Numbered from the stretch's first letter, positions 22,331-54,825 are shown. The stretch: DNA of 64,000 nt from Macrostomum lignano (GCA_002269645.1 NIVC01000624.1:1-64000), one strand, 5' to 3'. The notes: generated by a model from the letters alone, not told the origin. Program-made: numbers and translations.

Positions 22331-23040
22331 TTCAGCCAGTCAATCATGCAAACCAGCTCATGCAGTCGCACTGCAAACTCCTCCGCCAGGTAATGACGGG
22401 CATGTACTGTGGCATCTCAACCAAGGTGTTCAACATCAACAGCAACACCCTGGAGCCAAACGCCTCCATCGGCGTGCTGCGCTTCAAGACCACCCACAGC
22501 GCCTACCGGTTCGTGATGTCGGAGAACCGCATGAACCGGCAGGAGTTCCTCGGCGGCCGGTTCGACATCTGGAACCTGACGCTGTGCGCCGAGGACCAGT
22601 CAATCATACCGAACCCGGCCAACCCGGACAAGATGGTCAACCACATGAACGTGCTGCACTTCATGCACGTCCGCAAGGTGGCTCTACTGCCGGACGACCT
22701 CGCTGAGCAGTCGCTGGAGGCCAGAGAGAAGGCCGAGGCTGACGCAGCCGCGGCTCAGAAGGAGCTGGAGGAATCCCTGCACACTGTCGAAGGCTTCAAC
22801 GGCCGGGTGGTGGTGAAGACCTCCGCCATGGCCCGGCTCCGCGGCCTGCCGATGGCCGACCGGACCAACGAGCCGCAGAAGCTGGTGTACGTCACCCAGT
22901 GGCGCGGCGTGTACTACTTCTGGCAGTGGTTCGAGGGCGAGCACGGCCGTCGGTTCATCAACCTGATGAAGGACTTCTCTGGCAGCAACTACGAGTCTCT
23001 GCTGCTGACCCTGTGCCTGGATTTCCACGATCTCATGTAG
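21804..23040 (+). CDS. Uncharacterised ~320-aa protein with two tandem DUF1330-like (dimeric alpha+beta barrel) domains; 2 exons
   Basis: Exons 21804-22061 (GAG/gtgaga) and 22336-23040 (tttcag/CCA), phase 0, GC3-rich codon usage. Two segments follow the DUF1330 pattern: PCYVVFRF...[13 protein letters not shown]...[19 protein letters not shown] and NVLHFMHV...FNGRVVVKT...[20 protein letters not shown]. An upstream exon via the acceptor at 21796-21797 is possible. The domain call is inference. Confidence 0.75.
22098..22330. repeat. (GTCT)n microsatellite abutting a splice acceptor
   Basis: Runs directly into TTCAG/ at 22331-22335. Confidence 0.97.
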
Positions 23041-23584
23041 GAGCCGGTCATCATAAATATTATCCAATGCTCATTGATTTAGACAAAACCGCCTGACACA
23101 GCATTTCTTACTGCGCGTCACTTAATTTTTTCTTTATACCTTCTTAACTCTGCAAGTTTTTGCGAAAAAAAGAATATTTTTTAGTCTCTCACTCACTCTA
23201 GCCTGCCTGCCCCTTGATCCGATGCAGTGTCTCTTTGTCAATTTGAAAGCCAAACTCTTAGTAAAGATGTGCATTTTTGACTAATAAATGTTTTAGGTGC
23301 TAAATCTCCTGACCGCAACTCAAGCAACCGGGGCTGGTTGAAATCAGTCCAGTTTCATCCCAGCGACTGGCGGAAAATGTTATCAACCTCAGTAGAATAA
23401 AATCATTTTTGTGACTGCTCATTTCTAGCTTTGTTCTTCGTTTGCTTCTATTTACGTCTCAGAAACAGAATAAGACAAAAACTGTTGTATCTTTGCTCAG
23501 CCCACTCTCCTACTCTCTGCCTTACTCTCCTACTCTCAACCTCACTCTCCTACTCTCTGCCTTACTCTCCTACTCTCAAACTCA

Positions 23585-24255
23585 CTCATCGCACCCACCT
23601 CACTCCTCGCACCCACCTCACTCCTCGCACCCACCTCACTCCTCGCACCCACCTCACTCCTCGCACCCACCTCACTCCTCGCACCCACCTCACTCCTTTC
23701 ACCCACCTCACTCTTCACACCCACCTCACTCCTCTTTCACCCACCTCACTCTTCACACCCACCTCACTCCTCTTTCACCCACCTCACTCCTCTTTCACCC
23801 ACCTCACTCCTCTTTCACCCACCTCATTCCTCTTTTACCCACCTCACTCCTCTTTTACCCACCTCACTCCTCCACCCACCTCACTCCTCTTTCACCCACC
23901 TCACACTTCACACCCACCTCACTCCTCTTTCACCCACCTCACTCCTCTTTTACCCACCTCACTCCTCTTTCACCCACCTCATTCCTCTTTTACCCACCTC
24001 AATCCTCTTTTATCCACCTCACTCCTCTTTTACCCACCTCACTCCTCCACCCACCTCACTCCTCTTTCACCCACCTCACACTTCACACCCACCTCACTCC
24101 TCTTTCACCCACCTCACTCCTCTTTCACCCACCTCACTCCTCTTTCACCCACCTCATTCCTCTTTTACCCACCTCAATCCTCTTTTATCCACCTCAATCC
24201 TCTTTTACCCACCTCAATCCTCTTTTACCCACCTCACTCCTCCACCCACATTCCT
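23585..24255. repeat. 17-21-bp CACCCACCTCACTCCT-family minisatellite
   Basis: 18-bp units CACCCACCTCACTCCTCG followed by 21-bp units CACCCACCTCACTCCTCTTTY. Confidence 0.9.
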
Positions 24256-24691
24256 CCTCTACTCATCCAAATTCATTAAAAAAGCAGTTGTCAATATAGG
24301 GTCGGAACTGTCTTATTTTGAAACATTTTTGGCGTCTGGATTGCCCCTCTTTCGACTCTTGTTTGAATATGGTTTCAGTAAATGCTGTCTACTCATGTGT
24401 CACAGCCATCAGTGACTCCGCTGAATCGCGCTGAAAAATATCAGAAAAAAAGTTGAAAATCTTTTTTTGCAACAATTGCTGCATTTTACGAGTCAAACTT
24501 ATTTAATAGGGCCTTAAGCACCGCTCGTCAATGGCAGACATCCGGTCTCAGGCTGGGTGTTTCGAGTATGCAGTCTCATCACAACTGGATCTGTATTCGG
24601 CTATGTATATACAATATAAGAACGTTCGAAAAAATGTTCTCCCATTTATGAAGCTGTCCACATTGGCATAGCAACTAACCAGTCAGGCAAG

Positions 24692-25838
24692 ATGAGTAAT
24701 TCTCTTCTGCCAGCCCTGCTATTGTTAGCGACAGTCCTGTTGCCTGTTCGCAGCGAGTCAGAACTGGCTGGCTTGCCGACTGACCGACCGTTCAGCTCCG
24801 CTGAGGACCGCCTGGTGACGAGGCTGCTGCGCAGTCTGGGACCAGCTGGCGCCATCGCCAGGCCGATGGGCAGGAACACCACCGAGCCTGTGACTGTGAG
24901 CCTGGAGGTGTCGCTACAGGGACTGGAATCTGTGCAAAGCAGCAGGGCTCGCTTCTACGTGTGGCTCACAATGGCAAGTAAATTCGTTGTTCTGCAATAT
25001 GTCCGTTGATTTGGAGCAGTTGGGGCAGTGCCTGTCACAATATGGGCATGGAGCAGTTGGGGCAGTGCCTGTCACAATATGGGCATGGAGCAGTTGGGGC
25101 AGTGCCTGTCACAATATGGGCATGGAGCAGTTGGGGCAGTGCCTGTCACAATATGGGCATGGAGCAGTTAGGGCAGTGCCTGTCACAATATGGGCATGGA
25201 GCAGTTGGGGCAGTGCCTGTCACAATAAGGGCATGGAGCAGTTGGGGCAGTGCCTGTCACAATGGGCATGGAGCAGAAAGTGTGGAATGCAGTACTCGGT
25301 GTCATTTAATGTTGCAGACTTGGTCAGACCCCAGGCTGAGCTGGGACCCAAAGAACTTCGGCGGCCTCACGAAGGCGGCGCTGCCTGCCCACCTTCTGTG
25401 GCTCCCGGATGTCCGACCGTACAACGCGTAAGTGAATATAAGATTCTTACTATCTTACTATTACAGGTATATGTGGTATGTCAATCATACACTGATTTCA
25501 ATGGCTTTCTTTGCAGCGGCAAGTACCAGTTAGATAAGGAATCCGCAATGCGAGCCACGGTTGACTACGACTCGAAAGTTGTCTTCGTACCGCCAGCTAG
25601 TCTCAGCGCTCCCTGCTCTCGGCAGGACAACGGCTCGATACACTGCAGGCTGGTCATGGGCAGCTGGGTGTGCAATGGCTTCGAGCTGGATCTGCGGCTG
25701 GGCGAGAATGCCATCAGCTGGGAGATGTTTGAACAGCATGACAGGTGGGAATTGGCTGGAGCATCCAGTCGGCGCACTGAAGCTCTTTACAGTTGCTGTC
25801 CTGAACCGTTCGTCAGTGCTCACTACACCATTGTGTGA
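24692..25838 (+). CDS. Secreted acetylcholine-binding-protein-like protein (Cys-loop receptor ligand-binding domain only), 237 aa, 3 exons
   Basis: Exons 24692-24973 (ATG/gcaagt, GC donor), 25318-25427 and 25517-25838. Signal peptide, then EDRLVTRLL...RP, VWLTMTWSDPRLSWDP, LWLPDVRPYN, VVFVPP, C-x9-C, MGSWV and loop C YSCCPEPF, then YTIV*. No transmembrane exons were found before the next gene. Confidence 0.85.
25013..25276. repeat. 37-bp intronic minisatellite
   Basis: Unit GGAGCAGTTGGGGCAGTGCCTGTCACAATATGGGCAT, ~7 copies. Confidence 0.95.
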
Positions 25839-25944
25839 GTAGCTCGTACAATACTCATACGTCTGCTTGTGCTTTTGAGCTGCGTGTTGAGCAGACTTAG
25901 TTTTTAATTGTTAAATGTAGAGGATTGTGGAATGCGGCGGCTGC

Positions 25945-26230
25945 TGGATGAGTGAGGCTAGTGGAGGAGTGAGGTGGGTGGAGGAGTGAGGTAAGTGGAG
26001 GAGTGAGGTGGGTGGAGTGAGATGGGTGGAGGAGTGAACCTCCACCAACCTCACTCCTTCACCCACCTCACTCCTCCGCCCGCCTCACTCCTCCACCCAC
26101 CTCACTCCTCCACCCACCTCACTCCTCCACAAACCTCACTCCTCCACCAACCTCACTCCTCCACCAATCTCACTCCTCCGCCCACCTCACTCCTCCACCC
26201 ACCTCCCTTCTCCACCTACCTCACTCCTGT
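25945..26230. repeat. CACCCACCTCACTCCT-family array in fold-back arrangement
   Basis: GGTGGGTGGAGGAGTGA units at 25945-26037, then the reverse-complement units at 26038-26230. Confidence 0.85.
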
Positions 26231-27195
26231 GAGTGGATGGCTCCCTCACGTCCGACCCGCTCTGAATGGGGTGCAGCAGTCAATTTAGATAGCAAATTCC
26301 AGTGAACGCATCTGAAAGACAAGCAAGAAATCTCCAGGCTGGTTGGATAAAACGCAAATTGCTGCCGCTACTAATAGTCTAAGTAGTCTACTTGGTATTT
26401 CTATTTTTTCTGTAAGTTATTCTCTAACTAATATTACTCACTATTTACAACGTGTAAGCTTCGATCAGCTGCTAACTAACCAGGACCAGCACAGCTTAAC
26501 TTACTAGTAAAATTATCGCTTCTGCCACTGTCTAGTGGGCTAAAAAACTACTTGTTTAGGGATTGCAAATTAAATATTGGTGGCCCCACATGACCCCGGC
26601 TGACTCACTCAATTAGGCGAATTTTAGCCTCGATCCAAAGTTAATTCATAATTCATTTTATTTTATTACGAATGCTAATCTTGCTTAGCTCAAGGTGACA
26701 AGGCTAGCTTAGCAGTTCAGGTGAGACAAAGGCGGCGTCAGATTACCAAAAAGCTAATCTGGGGATTATTCTAGCTAGCCAGAGAGTAATAATAAGAAAA
26801 TATCAGCACCACAGGGACAAAGCTGATCTTTCAATTGATATTGAAAGCCAAACGCAAAAAGAGAATGCAATTCCGTTTGACTGTCATTGCTCAGCCGGGG
26901 GGACTGCATGCAGCGGCAGTGAGAGAAAGTCTCTCAAGTCCCAGCCAATCAAATTCGTTCTGGCCTCTGACGCAGCCGGCAGTCTGGCTCCCTCACTGGC
27001 CTCGTGGCTCATGGAGGAGGCGGTTGGTCAGGCTGGGCTGGGCTGGCTGCAGAGCGCCAACAAGACTAGGGAGGCCTGCCTACCTGCCAGCATTGACTTG
27101 CTCAGCCTCTCAGCCAGACTCAACATAGTTGTCTTCTCTTCTACCTCGTAAGAAGCAATCGTAGGAGACCCCCCCGGATACTACAGGCTGCCCGA

Positions 27196-47659
<20,464 letters not shown>

Positions 47660-48577
47660 CTCAGACAGCCAGCCAGGCCAGATAGCGCTAATCCGGTAAT
47701 CCCATCAGCCTAGCAACTGGGATTCCAACTCTTCACACTCAATATATTTATTTATTGTTCTGAAAAAAATAAGCCTGCTTTTTTAGTACACCGTCTCAGT
47801 TTTTTGTTGTAGAACAAAAAATTCTAGCAAACTGTTAGATTTAATTTACTAATAGTAGTACGACAATGTTTTAGCAACTATTCTATCGCATAGCGCGCAT
47901 AAATAATTGTTCATATCCCGAAAACGTATTGTTTTAGCTTTCTAGAGCATTTTTTGATTGTAAATTTTAACCATGTGTCTGATAAAAAGCTGGTTAAAGT
48001 TTGCAGTGCTTTTGTTTATAATAGGAAAGAAGCGACTCTAGACGACTCAAAAACGACGAAATGTCACGGGTACAAGCCGTCAAAAAGTCGTCAGAGTCGC
48101 AGAAGACTAAGTGCTTTTTATGTGTTTAATATGTGCATGAAAATCGCTTCTGTGCTATTGTTATACTTATAAACTACTGCGAGTAGGTAAAAAGCGAATT
48201 TAATTATTCATTATTATTTATAAATGTTTTAATTATATTATTCCCAATGTGTGCACACATGTGCATGTGCGCTGTGGTGTGGCAAGCATTTTCGGTTGCC
48301 ATGTTACTCCGATGTCAATGATGTAACTGTTGTGCCCTAACTGAAATGCCCCCTCTATCATACCTATTGAACCCCTCTATTACAGTGGCTGAAAAACTAA
48401 ACTGACTGTATTCAATTTAAATATACGATGTGACAGTTGCTGACGCTGAAGAGGTAACCTTAAATGATGCTAAACTAGCTGTATCATTATGTCACAATTC
48501 ATTGGCTTTTATTGACTTACGCAATTTCTAGAGGGTCGAAACTTCATTTGTTTATTTCGGTGCCATTGTGATTAGTG

Positions 48578-49499
48578 GGAGGGACAGGCGGGTAGGGAGA
48601 GGCGGGTAGGGAGAGGCGGGTAGGGAGAGGCGGGTAGGGAGAGGCGGGTAGGGAGAGGCGGGTAGGGAGAGGCGGGTAGGGAGAGGCGGGTAGGGAGAGG
48701 CGGGTAGGGAGAGGCGGGTAGGGAGAGGCGGGTAGGGAGAGGCGGGTAGGGAGAGGCGGGTAGGGAGAGGCGGGTAGGGAGAGGCGGGTAGGGAGAGGCG
48801 GGTAGGGAGAGGCGGGTAGGGAGAGGCGGGTAGGGAGAGGCGGGTAGGGAGAGGCGGGTAGGGAGAGGCGGGTAGGGAGAGGCGGGTAGGGAGAGGCGGG
48901 TAGGGAGAGGCGGGTAGGGAGAGGCGGGTAGGGAGAGGCGGGTAGGGAGAGGCGGGTAGGGAGAGGCGGGTAGGGAGAGGCGGGTAGGGAGAGGCGGGTA
49001 GGGAGAGGCGGGTAGGGAGAGGCGGGTAGGGAGAGGCGGGTAGGGAGAGGCGGGTAGGGAGAGGCGGGTAGGGAGAGGCGGGTAGGGAGAGGCGGGTAGG
49101 GAGAGGCGGGTAGGGAGAGGCGGGTAGGGAGAGGCGGGTAGGGAGAGGCGGGTAGGGAGAGGCAGGTGAGGAGAGGCAGGGAGGAAGAGAAAGGCGAGGA
49201 CAGGGGAGTAGGGCGAGGCGGGTAGGGAGAGGCGGGTAGGGAGAGGCGGATAGGGAGAGGCAGGTGAGGAGAGGCGGGGAGGGAGAGGCGGGTAGGGAGA
49301 GGCAAGTGAGGAGAGGCGGGTAGGGAGAGGCAGGTGAGGAGAGGCGGGGAGGGAGAGGCGGGTAGGGAGAGGCAGGTGAGGAGAGGCGGGGAGGGAGAGG
49401 CAGGGAGGAAGAGGCGGGTAGGGAGAGGCAGGGAGGAAGAGGCAGGCGAGGACAGGGGAGTAGGGAGAGGCGGGTGAGGACAGGCAGGTAGGGAGAAGC
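48578..49499. repeat. 14-bp G-rich minisatellite
   Basis: Unit GGGTAGGGAGAGGC; pure to ~49160, then degenerate. Confidence 0.96.
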
Positions 49500-49646
49500 G
49501 AGCATAGAGTGTTAAGAAAGTATTTTAGTTGAAGAAGAGAGAGGCAAAGTTGCTCTTCTGCGCAAGTTGATTGCGCAGTGCCGTGAAGAGTGAACTCCCC
49601 CTGAAATGCGCTATCCAGGCTCAAACTGTTGATCAAGCCCAATATA

Positions 49647-50537
49647 ATGGCGCCTTCCGGGTCTGGCGTGTGGCGCGGGTATTCTATTAGAAACGCGAGA
49701 AGCGGTGAGCCTCTCGCTTAAATTTGGCATCCATTGTGAGCGTGAACATTATGGTAAACTTCAACTTATCTTGATATGGATGGCTAAAATTAAAAACTGC
49801 TCCTATGAATGCTGTTGGTACGCGATTGGCTCCTTTAATGCATAAATAGTCTACAAGACTGAGTAAACTGTTGAAGATGCAGTGAAGAAGCTGACTATAC
49901 TACGTATTAAAACTTCGCCATTAGATTTAGATTTAGATATTCTATTAAAAGCATGTTGTCAGGCGTTCACACAGCGGAACAGAATGGCCAGATCAGAAGC
50001 AGAAAAATTGGAATAGACGGAAACGGAAACCGCAGCGGCCGAGCAGAGCTGGTGGGGGTCAACTGGCGATCAGCACTGGCTGCTCTTGGTCAGCGGCCTC
50101 TGCGCAGACTGCCACCGCCGCCGCCACCTCTGCCGGCTCCTCTGCCGCCGTTGATTGCTCAGAGTGGGTTTCGCTGGGCACATACGCCGAATGAGCTGCA
50201 GCCGCCACCTCCACCGACCCCGTCAACACCACCCAAGGAGCAGCAGCAACACCAGCAGCAGCAGCAGCAACAGCAGCAGCAGAAGAAGAGCTTTAGTCGC
50301 ACCACACGACCGGCTCGGCTGTCGCAGGATCTGTTCGATGCCAGACTGTCGGTGGAGCAAAAATACGACCGATATGTCAGACTGCACTGCGGCGGAGGCG
50401 GCGGAGGTCGACGCGAAGTCGGTGATGGCGGTGGCAGAGCCGGCGGCCTCTGGGTGGTCGGCAGTCGCCTTCGCCGCGGTCGGCAAGACGTGGCTCCGGG
50501 TTTCCCCTGCTACAGCTACTGGTGGCGCTGCTTCTAG
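49647..50537 (+). CDS. Orphan ~210-aa Pro/Gln/Gly-rich protein, 2 exons
   Basis: Exon 49647-49704 (MAPSGSGVWRGYSIRNARS-G/gtgagc) joins in phase 1 to 49963-50537 (ttgtcag/GC GTT CAC). PolyP and polyQ tracts precede LSVEQKYDRYVRLHC...LWVVGS...GFPCYSYWWRCF*. AATAAA at 50590. Confidence 0.7.
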
Positions 50538-50822
50538 AGGAGAGCAGCCTTTCTATCAGCTTTTTCAATGCCATAACTGGACCGTAGAAAATAAAAATCA
50601 AATAAAGACAATTTTTTTTTCTAATATACGAAGCATACGAAGTATGTTTTGATTGACTGTTTTATTAGTGCATTATTAATTAATAGCAACATAAAAACCA
50701 ATTATTTATCAATAAAACACGATTAATTCAAATTCTATTAAAACAGCTTTTCTTGACAGTCCTGACGTAAAAACAGTATATAAACTTTGTTTAATTTCAA
50801 TGCTGATTTGTTTTGCGCACTG

Positions 50823-53800
50823 TCAAACAACCAATCGCTTCGAGTTGATATCGCGGATCAGGCAGCATGCGATAACCACGCCAATCACCTGCAATGATAG
50901 GAAAACTCTGGTAAGACGGGCTTTCAGACACGGTTAATCACCCGCTTTCAGACACAATCACCCGGTTTCAGACACAATCACCCGCTTTCAGACACAATCA
51001 CCCGGTTTCAGACACAATCAAACGCTTTCAGACACAGTCACCCGCTTTCAGACACAGTCACCCGCTTTCAGACATAATCACCCGCTTTTAGACACAATCA
51101 CCCGCTTTCAGACACAATCACCCGCTTTCAGACACAATCACCCGCTTTCAGACACAATCACCCGCTTTCAGACATAATCACCCGCTTTTAGACACAATCA
51201 CCCGCTTTCAGACACAATCACCCGCTTTTAGACACAATCACCCGCTTTTAGACACAATCACCCGCTTTCAGACACAATCACCCGGTTTCAGACACAATCA
51301 CCCGCTTTCAGACACAATCACCCGCTTTTAGACACAATCACCCGCTTTTAGACACAATCACCCGCTTTCAGACACAATCACCCGGTTTCAGACACAATCA
51401 CCCGCTTTCAGACACAATCACCCGCTTTTAGACACAGTCACCCGCTTTCAGACATAATCACCCGCTTTTAGACACAATCACCCGCTTTCAGACACAATCA
51501 CCCGCTTTCAGACACAATCACCCGCTTTCAGACACAATCACCCGCTTTCAGACATAATCACCCGCTTTTAGACACAATCACCCGCTTTCAGACACAATCA
51601 CCCGCTTTTAGACACAATCACCCGCTTTTAGACACAATCACCCGCTTTCAGACACAATCACCCGGTTTCAGACACAATCACCCGCTTTCAGACACAATCA
51701 CCCGCTTTTAGACACAATCACCCGCTTTTAGACACAATCACCCGCTTTCAGACACAATCACCCGGTTTCAGACACAATCACCCGCTTTCAGACACAATCA
51801 CCCGCTTTTAGACACAATCACCCGCTTTCAGACACAATCACCCGGTTTCAGACACAATCACCCGCTTTCAGACACAATCAATCACCCGCTTTCAGACACA
51901 ATCACTCGCTTTCAGACACAATCAATCACCCGCTTTCAGACACAATCACCCGCTTTTAGACACAATCACCCGCTTTCAGACACAATCACCCGGTTTCAGA
52001 CACAATCACCCGCTTTCAGACACAATCAATCACCCGCTTTCAGACACAATCACTCGCTTTCAGACACAATCACCCGGTTTCAGACACAATCACCCGCTTT
52101 TAGACACAATCACCCGCTTTCAGACACAGTCACCCGCTTTCAGACATAATCACCCGGTTTCAGACACAATCACCCGCTTTTAGACACAATCACCCGCTTT
52201 CAGACACAATCACCCGGTTTCAGACACAATCACCCGCTTTTAGACACAATCACCCGCTTTCAGACACAATCACCCGGTTTCAGACACAATCACCCGCTTT
52301 CAGACACAATCAATCACCCGCTTTCAGACACAATCACTCGCTTTCAGACACAATCACCCGGTTTCAGACACAATCACCCGCTTTTAGACACAATCACCCG
52401 CTTTCAGACACAGTCACCCGCTTTCAGACATAATCCATCACCCGCTTTCAGACACAGTCACTATGCAACAGAACAGACTCAGTAGTTCCAGAGAACAGCT
52501 CACCTCACAAAAGGCGACCAAGCTGGCGATAACGATGATGGGGACAGCGTGCCGGTTGGAAAAACTGACAATACTTGAAATGCAGGTCTGGAAGTTGGAG
52601 ACGAAGCGGGAAAATTAGTTAGCTCTATCGCTGCCATATTGAAATCAGTTTAATCTCTCACCTTGGTGTGCAGAGTATTGCCAGTGAACGGACAGTCCGC
52701 ATCAACCAGAGTGCTGTTAAGCCTGTCCAACGAGTCAAAGATGCTGCCTCTGCTGTTGAGGACGGCTGGCTTTTGATCTTGGCGCACCTGGCAGCAGGTG
52801 ACAGGAAAGGTCAGCTGGCGACCGTCGTAGCTGCCGTTGGACTCGAGAAAGCTGCTGCTTAAAGCGATGTCGCCTGGGACCACGGCGCCGCAGCACTCGA
52901 ACTGGAGGTGTACCGCTGATAAATGGTATTGATACCACAGGCTGCTAGCATCTGACTATCAAGAGTAGGTCTGCTAGCATCTGACTATCAAGAGTAGGTC
53001 TGCTAGCATCTGACTATCAAGAGTAGGTCTGCTAGCATCTGACTGTCAAGAGTAGGTCTGCTAGCATCTGACTATCAAGAGTAGGTCTGCTAGCATCTGA
53101 CTCTTAAGAGTAGGTCTGCTAGCATCTGACTATCAAGAGTAGGTCTGCTAGCATCTGACTGTCAAGAGTAGGTCTGCTAGCATCTGACTCTTAAGAGTAG
53201 GTCTGCTAGCATCTGACTATCAAGAGTAGGTCTGCTAGCATCTGACTATCAAGAGTAGGTCTGCTAGCATCTGACTCTTAAGAGTAGGTCTGCCAGCATC
53301 TGACTCTCAATGGGGCATTAGAGCTTTTAACCAAATGACAATAGTGAAAGTAGCACAAACCTTAATCTGCAGATAGTTGATAAGCATAGTGACAGTCTTC
53401 TTATCCTCGCTGATCTGTCCGTTTTGATAGTCAGGCATAGCAACGAACATCCTGTCCTGCAGGTCGAACATGCCCAATTCGGATGAGGTGCGGACGTGGT
53501 TCTGGAATACTCCGGCAATGACGGCCACGGCTACTTCAACTCCCAGGCCCAGGCCCATCAGGATTACGTACTGTGAACAGGTGGGGGCGAAGGAAAATTT
53601 TCGGTTTAGCCAAACCAATTTATTATATACTATTTCATTCGTATTTATAAAAGACGCATACAGAAAACGAAGAAAAGCAAAGCTTCGTTTCCTCGCTGCT
53701 ATTTACAGCTCGCTCTAACGCCGATGCGTTCACAGAAAAGACGAGAGGGCTGGTCAGCAGACTGTGGGCTGGGAGACAGTTCTCTATAGTCCAGGCTATA

Positions 53801-54825
53801 GAGGCTTGAATCATTACCAATAGCAGTATAGCTCGTATAAGAGAGCCTCAATAGTCAACTCAATAGCTGTATACGAACTAGAGAACACCGAATCACAGTC
53901 AAACAGTAGAGAGCCTCAAATCACAACCAAACAAAAAAGAGCCTCAAATTACAATTAGTAGGAGTATAGGGCCTCAAATCACAACTAGTAGCAGTATAGA
54001 GAGCCTCAAATCACAACTAGTAGCAGTAGAGAGCCTCAAATCACAACTAGTAGCAGTATAGAGAGCCTCAAATCACAACTAGTAGCAGTAGAGAGCCTCA
54101 AATCACAACTAGTAGCAGTATAGAGAGCCTCAAATCACAACTAGTAGCAGTAGAGAGCCTCAAATCACAACTAGTAGCAGTAGAGAGCCTCAAATCACAA
54201 CTAGTAGCAGTAGAGAGCCTCAAATCACAACTAGTAGCAGTAGAGATCCTCAAATCACAACTAGTAGCAGTAGAGAGCCTCAAATCACAACTAGTAGCAG
54301 TATAGAGAGCCTCAAATCACAACTAGTAGCAGCACAGAGAGCCTCAAATCACAAGCTGAGAGCCTCAGATCACAACCAATTATAGGGTAGGGTGTCCTAA
54401 ATCGCTAACTATTGGGAGCCTTGAAATTCCTACCAATGCCATGACAGTAGGGGAGCCTCTAAACTCAAAATTTATAAGTCTCTAAAAATTAGACTGAAGA
54501 AAAACAAATTTTACATTATTTTAAAATGATCTTTGCTCACCCAAGCAAGCAAGTGCTTCGATTCCTTAATAGCGCCGCAGTAGCCGCAGCAACCAACCAG
54601 AAGCATCGATGAACCAGTGATAATCAGAATATAGCCTGCGGCAAGAAAGAGTCCATGCTGATTGGCTGCCGAACTAATCTCTGCATAGTTAATCACGTTG
54701 ATGAAGCGAAACAGCTCGCTCTTGCTGACTACAATCCAAATTCCCAGACCGAGACAGGTCGTTCCCAGAAGCAAGTAGAAAATGCTGAAAACGATCATAA
54801 CTAACTTGGCTAAAGAGACAGTCAT
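50823..54825 (-). CDS. Tetraspanin, 294 aa, 5 exons
   Basis: Exons 54825-54541, 53570-53361, 52901-52662, 52587-52504, 50888-50823, all phase 0 GT-AG. Four TM helices, GCCGYCGAIKES after TM2, large loop with FECCG, PVTCC, DC and TC, TM4 ...LVAFCEVIGVVIACCLIRDI. Confidence 0.93.
50930..52460. repeat. 20-bp intronic minisatellite
   Basis: Unit CACCCGCTTTCAGACACAAT, ~75 copies, in the last tetraspanin intron. Confidence 0.96.
52942..53306. repeat. 29-bp intronic minisatellite
   Basis: Unit CTGCTAGCATCTGACTATCAAGAGTAGGT, ~12 copies. Confidence 0.95.
53895..54372. repeat. 30/32-bp intronic minisatellite
   Basis: Unit GAGAGCCTCAAATCACAACTAGTAGCAGTA(TA). Confidence 0.93.

Noticed and set aside
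48544-49642. Pro-rich minus-strand ORFs
   Set aside because: Translation of the 14-bp G-rich array.
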